Positions 54,885-64,000 of a stretch of 64,000 nucleotides of DNA are shown piece after piece. The translations under genes and the position numbers were made by a program. The notes under the pieces were generated by a model. The model had not been told where the DNA came from, searched no databases, and was given only the letters and a program-made list of their open reading frames with translations. The DNA is from the human T2T-CHM13v2.0 reference genome, Homo sapiens, in NCBI RefSeq assembly GCF_009914755.1, contig NC_060929.1; one strand, given 5' to 3'. Within the stretch, counting starts at the first letter, position 1. Each line of letters opens with the position of its first letter.

Positions 54885-56490
54885 TGTGTGCATGATAGTT
54901 AATTTTATGTGTCAATTTGGCTGAGACATAGTGCTCAATTATTTGGTCATTATTCTAGATGTTTCTGTGAGGGTGTTAGTAAATGAGATTAACATTTAAA
55001 ATGAGGAACTTGGGCTTTTTTAACTTTTATTTTAGGTTCAGGGGTACATGCGCAAGTTTGTTACATAGATATACTTGTGTCATGAGGGTTTTATGTACAG
55101 ATTATTTCATCATCCAGGTACTAAGCCTAATACCCAACAGTTATTTTTTCTGCTTATCTCCCTCCTCCCACCCTCCACCCTCTGATAGGCCCCACTGTCT
55201 ATTGTTCCCCTCTTTGTGTCCATGTTTTCTCATCATTTAGCTCCCACTTATAAGTGAGCACATGTGGTATTTGGTTTTCTGTTCCTGGGTTAGTTTGCTA
55301 AGGATAACGACCTCTAGCACCATCCATGTCCCTGCAAAAGACGTGATCTCATTGTTTTTTATGGCTGCACAGTATTCCATAGTGTATATGTACCACATTT
55401 TCTTTATTCAGTCTATCCTTTATGGGCATTTAGGTTGATTCCATGTCTTTGTTATTGTGAATAGTGCTGCAATAAACATACACATACATGTCTTTATGAC
55501 AGAACTATTTATATTTCTTTGGGTATATACCCAGTAATGATAATGCTAGGTCAAGTGGTATTTCTGTTTTTAGCTCTTTAGGGAATTGCCACACTGCTGT
55601 CCACAATGAACTAATTTACACTCCCACCAACAGGGTATGTTTCCTTTTCTCCACAACCTCACCAGCACCTGTTATTTTTTGACTTTTTAGTAATAGCCAT
55701 TCTGACTGGTATTGAGATGGTATCTCATTGTGGTTTTGATTTGTATTTCTCTAATGATCAGTGATATTAAGCTTTTTTCATATGTTTATTGGCCCCATGT
55801 ATGTCTTCTTTTGAAAAGTGTTTGTTCATGTCCATTGCCCACTTTTTAATGGGGGTGTTTGTTTTTTTCTTGTAAATTTGTTTAAATTCCTTAAAGATGC
55901 TGAATATTAGAACTTTGTCAAATGCATAGTTTGCAAATATTTTTTCCTGTTCTGTAGGTTGTCTGTTTATGCTGTTGATAGTTTCTTTTGCTGTGCAGAA
56001 GCTCTTTAGCTTAATTAGATCCCATTTGTCAATTTTTGCTTTTTTTGCAATTGCTTTAGGCATCTTTGTCATGAAATCGTTGCCAGTTCTTATGTGTAGA
56101 ATGGTATTGCCTGGGTTATCTTCCAGGGTTTTTACAGTTTCGGGTTTTACGCTTAAGTCTTTAATCCATCTTGAGTTGATTTTTGTACATGGTGTAAGAA
56201 AGAGATCCAGTTTCAATCTTCTTCATATGGTTAGCCAGTTATACCAGCATAAAACAGTGAACTTTGAGTAAAGCAGATTGCCCCACATAATATGGGTGGA
56301 CCTCATCTAATCAGTATAAGTAGTTAATAGAACAAAGGTTGACTTGCCCTGAGCAAGAAGGAATTCTACTAGCAGATTGCCTTTGGACTTGAATTGCAAC
56401 TCCTCCCTGATTCTCCAGCCTACTGCATCAGATTTAAGACTCACCAAGCCATTTTACTGTGTGAGCCAATTCCTTAAAATAAGTCAATCT
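54885..56490 (+). mobile_element. MLT2 (ERVL) LTR split by an L1PA
   Basis: ttaattttatgtgtcaatttggct...gagattaacattt (54885-55005) resumes as actttgagtaaagcagattgcccc...gtgagccaattcctt (56252-56490). Confidence 0.8.
55012..56249 (-). mobile_element. 5'-truncated L1PA (ORF2 C-terminus and 3' UTR)
   Basis: ORF 55767..56216 ([10 protein letters not shown]...[19 protein letters not shown]) is L1 ORF2; L1PA 3' UTR and T tail near 55015. Confidence 0.93.
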
Positions 56491-56995
56491 CTCTCCCTCT
56501 CTCTCTTTCTGGTATATGCAATATAGATTATTCTCAAAAACATCACACTAAGCAAAAGGAGACTGATACAAAAGAATATACACTGTGTGATTCCATTATA
56601 TAAATTTCAAGAAAAAATAAAACTATACTGAAAGAAAAAATAATAGTAGTTGTCTACTGTGTGGGTCAGGGTGATAGGTGGATTGACTGCAAAGTAGGAT
56701 GTAACAACTTCTATGTGTGCTGGAAATATTCTATATCATGATTGGGGTGATTGTTACAGAGATATATATATATTTTCAAAACTCATCAAACTGTACAGTA
56801 AAACTGATGATTTAAAAATCATACCTCAATGAAGTCGATTTTTTTAAACATTTTCTAAAGAGTGTCCCACTGCTGCTCCACACTGTGTGAGACCTCCTGC
56901 ACACTATAAGCCCCAAATGAAAGCTCATGCGAAGTTCTGATTCTGAGGATCAGCACACACATCTCCCAGCCCTTGTGTGCTCCACCAGGAGAAGA

Positions 56996-57714
<719 letters not shown>

Positions 57715-59339
57715 AAGGTCTGCTTTAAATCCAAGGCAAAGGGCACACTGTCCTACTTTCATTGCTTGCATCCAACTGCACTATATTTAAAGTCACTGCT
57801 GCAAGGCTCTTTGCTGAAACTCAATTCTCCCTTGTGTCTGGGGCTGCCATTGGACACTTGCCCCACTGTTTAAAGAACTGCCTTTTTCAAATTTAAGCAG
57901 CTCAGAAGACAAATGATGTCACTCTTATCATTTATACACCAAATTATGAGGGCTCTGAGAAAAATGAACAGAAAGCCCCGTCTTTTTCTGGGGTTCTCTC
58001 CCCTTAGCAATCCCAGGAACCTCTAGGAAAGGTTACATAAATGCAGGAATCAGTCCTACTCATCACCACTGCTTGTCAGGGGAGTGGGAACCCAGACTTT
58101 CCCTTGAAATCCAAGATTAAGGATAAAATCCTTTAATGGCAAAAGTGAGAAGGAGGACTCTGCTCTGGTTCCAGGTCAAGGTGACGCTAAGTAACCTTAC
58201 TATTTAACTAGTTTGTTAATTCATAGAGTTTGTTTTCTGAAGCCTATGCCACAAGACCATGAAAATTATGGTGACTAGGAAATCCCTTTGTTTGGTCTGA
58301 TTAGAAAAATATTGAAGATTGTACATGAAGAACAGATGTATGTGAGACTCCTAGCATGGCCCTAGTAGAGGGCCATGACTGTTCGCTGATGATGTCCACC
58401 TAAGCAAGGCTTTGTTTACCTCCCCCTAGCTTACATGGCTGACTTTACCAAAAAAGCTTCGGGTGGAAATGGGTGTGTGTGAGACAGCAATCCTGATTTT
58501 ATGATTCTCAGGTCCCAGAAGAATAGACGAGACAATGGACCATATTTCAAACTGCACATTTTCTTTAGGCCTCACTCACCCTTTAATATAAATGTTTTAA
58601 TCAATTGGGATACAGGCTATTGATGAGAACTTCGGGGATTGGAACTCTAGCTCAGTGAAGAAGAAACAAGATAAATCTCTGTGCAGATCAGTAGAACAGT
58701 CAGAGATGAAAGGGTTTAGAAAGCAGATGGCAGTATGAGAAAATTCAATAGCTAGAGTACAATAAATGGAGTGCAAGAGGGTGGTGGAACGCAGAATGCA
58801 AGCTTGACCTTCTCTACAACTTTGCCTGGGGCCCTGGTGACAGCTGTTAACTCAACTTCTCTACATTTTTGCCAACAGAGCCACTTTGGAAAATAGAGTA
58901 CATCTGCCATGATTCGGTACAATTTCCACTAGTAAAAATTCTGATTTGTTTTCATGTCTTCCTGATTCTCGCCAATGAAAAGAAAAAAATAGAGACAAGC
59001 CAATTACTCACCTAAACATTCCCCCTTGTCAATACGATATTGGCAGAATTTCCCTAGTTGTGTATTCCCAACTCTTACTTTGAAGCATTTAACCATTTAT
59101 ACAACACTACATATTATTAAGCCTCTACTCTGAGCCAGGAATCAGAAAGAGCTAGAGATTTACCCTCAAACATCACAATGTCCCTTGTTTATCTGTGCTA
59201 AGCTGGTGGCCATGAATTTCTCTCAATGTGGAGTTGTAGGTTCTTTAAGCCACTGCCTACTATGTAAGCAGTAACTCTTCATATTGTTCCTACACTTACC
59301 TCTTTTGGACTACAGAGATTAGAGTATATTAGTATTATA

Positions 59340-59760
59340 AAAAACAGATAAAAATTAGTCTAAGTAAGCTTATATTCTAGTGAATAAAATAATTGACAAA
59401 GAAAAATAAATATCTAAATCAAATAGTGATAAGAAATAAAGTATAAGTTAAGTAAGGGGCTAGAGAATGACAGTAGAGCTGGTGACTTATTTAAACTGGT
59501 GGTTAGAAAAGGCCTTTCTGAGGAAGTAATACTTGAATCGATATCTAAATGAAGTGAGAGAATAAACCAGGTAGAGATCTGGAAACAGTATTCCAGACCA
59601 AGGAAAGAGCAAAAATGCAAAAAGCCTGAGGTGGGAATGAGCTTGTCATATTTCAGGAACAGCAAGAAATCCACTATGGCTAATATGGAGTGAATAAGGC
59701 CAAGTGATAGAAGGTAAGATCAGCAACAAGCAGAGGACAAATCATGTGGGGATGTAGGAA
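59340..59760 (-). mobile_element. L2 fragment
   Basis: aaaggcctttctgaggaagtaatacttga...ttccagaccaagga...aagcctgaggtgggaatgagcttg. Confidence 0.75.
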
Positions 59761-60528
59761 TCTAAAAGACCTGTAGGGAAATTTTTGAGTAATTTTCTAA
59801 GGTCAGAGGTATAATTTGTCCCACTTCCCCTATACTCCACAGAGTATTTTAAAAGTAACCTAGAAGCTAAGGTCACCCTAAGTTTCTGAAGTCAAAGTCT
59901 GTCCTTATATCTTATAGTCCCAGTTATCATCCATTATAAAGTAGACCACAAAGTAAGAGCAGAGCAGAATGAGAGAAGGATGAGTAAACCCTAAAAGGAA
60001 TGAGATGAGTAATAAAATTTTGAAAAGAAAAGCTACACACTGGGAGATTTAACTGAAATTTTATGCCATGGAAAATGTGATAGGATCCTAATGGAATTAT
60101 CTTTATCCTGTTCCTAAATATGTCTTTCCAATAAATGTATAGTCAATTTTATTTTTACAGATGTGTAAAGAGAAGACTCTGGAAGCTCAGTCTTTCATGA
60201 ACAATTCCCATATAGTGAGTCCTCAAGGAGTGGCCAGAGAAGGCCCTCAGGTAACAGGCACTGGATCTGCAGAGCCAGTGCCCAGGTCTGTCATCCAGAG
60301 CGGGATCCATTGGCAGGCCAACTGGGCAGAGTAAATTAGAAACATGGCACCTGTCAACTTGGGTATCTATCCAGATTGTAGATCACACTGCTAAAATACA
60401 AGTAGGTACTGCTTTCAACAAAGTAGACATATCAAGTGGAACCATAAAAACCATTCCTCCAAAAAAGCTGTCTGCCCAGTACAAATCTTGAAACCAGCCA
60501 GTTAATATTTTTCTAAAATCAAAATATT

Positions 60529-60830
60529 AGGCTGTGTAGGCTCACGCCTGTAATCCCAGCACTTTGGGAGGCTGAGGTGGGCAGATCACTTGAGGTCAGG
60601 AGTTGGAGACCAACCTGGCCAACATGGCGAAACCTTATCTCTACCAAAAATACAAAAATTAGCCTGCTGTGGTGGCACACACCTGTAACCCCAGCTATTT
60701 GGGAGGCTGAGGCACAAGAATTGCTTGAACCCAGGAGGCAGGAGGCAAAGGTGGCAGTGAGCCAAGATTACGCCACTGCACTCCAGCCTGGACGACAGAG
60801 CAAGACTTTGTCTCAAAAATAAATAGATTA
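60529..60830 (+). mobile_element. Alu (S type)
   Basis: Full dimer. Confidence 0.93.
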
Positions 60831-61959
60831 ATTAATTAATTTAATTTAACTAATGCATGGGACAATACTATTTATTGAAAATGGAATTATTTTATTATCT
60901 AATGCTTGGATACCTGAATATGTTGTCCAAGAAATTAGTCCAGAAAACGGAAATTCCAAGACGATTGCAACAAAATAAAAAGAAAATGAAGTAAATTCAT
61001 ACTTCCCATATAATAATGTCTTAATTTTGAGCATTAAGTAAAAAGTACACAACTTTGATTAATAAAAAAAATCAATATCTCCTCAACCTTACTAAATAAA
61101 TGTTAAACAAATATACAAATAATTTATCAGTTTGAAGGGATACCAAGTTGTTCGCCTTGCATGGAGCCTCATATTTCTGGGTCCAGCCCTATTGTCATCT
61201 CACTTTCTCAAATGTACCAAGATCCAGGAAGCTCTTGCCCTAAATGGAAATGAAGATTCGATCCCAGCTGATCCTAAGTTCATATCTGAGAAAGAACCAA
61301 CAGTGCTGGCCAACAGGTAAATGAAAGACATGGAGTTGAATATGTTTTTCCTCATATGGAAAATATGATATTTTAGGGATTCAGATATAAATCTAAGAGT
61401 CCAAAAGAGGTAAACTTAGGAATAATATAAGAAATTACTACTTACCTAGCAGAACGTACAACCCCACATTGATAGAAATTCATGACCACCAGCTTAGAGT
61501 AGGTAAATAAGGGCACATCTCTGGCTTTTTCTGGTTACCTCTAGGGAAGACAGCTGTGCGCTTTCCTAGATGTGCCTTGGTCTCCCTCAAATTCACGGGA
61601 TGTCTACTACATAGGCAAATCTCATGTTCACGTGTTCTAAAAATACGTGGTTTAAGACGTATCTAAGAGACAATGGTTTTTATTTTCCTCCGTCATCTAG
61701 ATATTTTGAGGAACTCAGAAGAGAATTCTAGCCATTTGAAAAAGTTTGTGTTTAATAGAATCTCTTAGAAATATTTAAGTCATTGGCTAAAGTGAGGCCT
61801 CTGTTTCTACTCAACTATTTGACATTTCATACATCTCTCCCTGTTTACCTCAAGAAGTTTTCTCTGACTAACCCATGCCCTGGAACCTTCTCTGAATTCC
61901 TAAAGAATTGCCTGTTCCACTCATTTTCCATTTGACATATACCATCCTATAAGGTTCTA

Positions 61960-62068
61960 ACTTCTTTCTTCCTTCCTTGCTTCCTTCCTCTCTCTTTCCT
62001 TAATCTCTTCCTTCCTCCCTCCCTCCTTCCTTCCTTCCTCTCTTCTGCTTCCTCTTTTCTTTCTCCTA
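61960..62068. repeat. (TTCC)n-rich polypyrimidine tract
   Basis: Direct reading. Confidence 0.9.
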
Positions 62069-62424
62069 AAATGTGTTGACCACTCACTCTGTGCGAGCAC
62101 TGTTGTAGTCTCTTTTCAGTCAATTTTCTAACCTAATCTGCACAAATCTATGATCTAATCCGTTCCTGTTAGATTCTCTACTTTTTGGTTGTAAAGACCA
62201 CCTTACTCCTCTTTGGATCCTAGGTACCTGACATGCTTATTCTTCCAAAAGAGTAAAACTTGGACCAAAATTTGTACACAACTGAAGTGTACACTTGTGT
62301 TTGACATGTGGCTCACTCCAATATGATGGAAAAATTAATTTTGCCATTCTTATTCAGTCCGGTTATTATGTCCTAGCTCTGCGACTATCATCATGCATGG
62401 CATGTCCTAGAACAGAGGATTTTC

Positions 62425-62542
62425 AGAGAAAGAAAAGAGAGAGAGACAGGAAGGAAGGGAGGGAAGGAGGGAGGGAGGAAGGAAGGAAGGAAAAAGAAAT
62501 AAAAGGAAAAAATGAGAGAGAAGGCAGTAGGAAGAAGAAAGG
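62425..62542. repeat. (GGAA)n-rich polypurine tract
   Basis: Direct reading. Confidence 0.9.
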
Positions 62543-62562
62543 GCGACTTGTCACCTCATACA

Positions 62563-62881
62563 TTTTATTTTATTTATTTATTTATTTATTTTTGAGGCAG
62601 AGTCTTGCTTTGTCGCCCAAGCTGGAGTGCAGTGGCACGATCTTGGCTCACTGCAACCTCTGCCCCCTGGGGTTCAAGAGATTCTCCTGCCTCAGCCTCC
62701 CGAGTAGCTGGGATTACAGGCACCTGCCACCATGCCCAGCTAATTTTTGTATTTTTAGTAGAGATGGGGTTTCGCCATGTTCGCTAGGCTGGTCTCAAAC
62801 TCCTGACCTCAGGTTATCTGCCCACCTTGGCCTCCCAAACCAAAGTACTGGGATTACAGGTGTGAGCCACCGCATCTGGCC
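62563..62881 (-). mobile_element. Alu (S type)
   Basis: Antisense dimer with (TTTA)n tail; TSD cacctcatac. Confidence 0.94.
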
Positions 62882-63619
62882 ACCTCATACTTTTGATAAA
62901 CTGTGAAGTGTGTCTCCTTTTCTATGCTGCTGCTTTTATTTTCTTATATCAACCAGCCAAAAGAACATTGGTTTCTTGAAGAACACCTGTCAATGTGCTG
63001 TACAAAATTGTGTATATTTTCAGAATAAGAAAGAGAAGCGTGTATGTGTTGGGATGGTGGAGGTAGAGGCAAGAGATTCCTTAAACCTTGCTCAACAACC
63101 CTAAAAGGGCATTTTTTTTTTCAAAATTACAACTTATTCCAAGAAATAGTTTCCCCCTTTCAAATAGTTTCCCCCTTGCAAATACTCTACCACTAAATTG
63201 GTTTGGATTCAAGTCCTAAATCTCAGCTACTGGGGAATTCAAATCTTGACTTCAGAAACCACCAGTGACCTACATGCTCATCATGGGAAGTGAAGGAGGC
63301 AGTTCAAAGCCCAGAGCCAGCAGTGACCAGGAAGAAGTCTCTTTAGGCTCAGGACGCCACTGATCCCATTTTGCAGGAATGTTGAAAATAGCAGCTTTCC
63401 CAGGCAAAGACCCCTAACTATACTTTTAGGTGATGCAACCCAAGCCAAGCGTCCTCACGTGGCAGGCTGTGGAGCCAAGGAAATTTCTGTCAGTTCTTCA
63501 ATCCTCCCTGAACTGTTTGGTCACTAGAAATCTGGAATCACAAATAAATTAGGAAAATTCACAGAGTACTGAAATGGTACTATCAGCTACACTTGGAAGG
63601 CATATCACATGCCAGGAAT

Positions 63620-63965
63620 TAACCAACTTTCATTTTTCCAATTTTTATAACAAACATAGAAGATATATTATGGACAAGGAAATTGGGTCTCAGAGAGGCT
63701 AAGTAACGTGTTAAGTGGCAGAAGCAGAATTAGAACCCAGGTCTAGCACAGAGTTTCTCAACAAGATGCAATTTTGCCCCCTAGGGGACATTTGTAAGGC
63801 TTGGCAACATTTTTCATTGCTACAACTAGAGTGGGTGCTAGTAGTATCTAGTGGGTAGAGGTTAGGGATGCTCCTAAACACCCTATAATTCAAGGACAGT
63901 TCCCACAACACAGAATTCTGTAAGCCAAGATGTCAATAGAGCTGCTGAGGCTGAGAACCCCTGGT
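63620..63965. mobile_element. MIR (-) followed by a MER20-like hAT element (~63745-63965)
   Basis: ggtctcagagaggctaagtaac; tttctcaac...ttttgcccccctaggggacattt...gtgggtagaggttagggatgct...gctgagaaccc. Confidence 0.75.
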
Positions 63966-64000
63966 CTTTTTGTTTCCAAGGCTGACTTTATAAAAAGCAT

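Noticed and set aside
55767-56216. 149-aa ORF
   Set aside because: Fragment of L1 ORF2 in a truncated L1PA, not a host gene.
62295-62906. 203-aa ORF and similar ORFs at 19708, 24685, 52653, 54239, 57160, 57464 and 60577
   Set aside because: Translations of Alu and simple repeats.

Overview
Human (primate) genomic DNA containing the 3' half of SNCAIP (synphilin-1) on the + strand. Five constitutive coding exons encode residues ~395-918 (ankyrin-like repeats, coiled coil, long Ser/Pro-rich tail). They are followed by the 71-nt alternative exon 9A and a terminal exon read in two frames (synphilin-1 ends ...KNKAA*; the exon 9A isoform ends ...KELFL*), then the 3' UTR and poly(A) signals near 34.9-35.1 kb. 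The rest is intronic or intergenic and rich in Alu, MIR, L1, L2, MLT/ERVL LTRs and DNA transposons. The most unusual object is a 4.6-kb HERV-H on the - strand (45073-49744) that is an L1-retroposed copy of the viral RNA rather than a provirus. Its structure is R-U5-PBS-gag/pro/pol remnants-U3-R-poly(A), with an 11-bp target-site duplication, an L1 endonuclease-like site and one non-templated 5' G. That G puts a host-flank ATG in frame with a 300-codon ESRG-like ORF, and the element points antisense into SNCAIP. Other leads are four RBFOX motifs around exon 9A and a well-formed candidate 56-nt cassette exon in the last intron. Repeat family names and boundaries come from recall of consensus sequences and are approximate; no database search was run.
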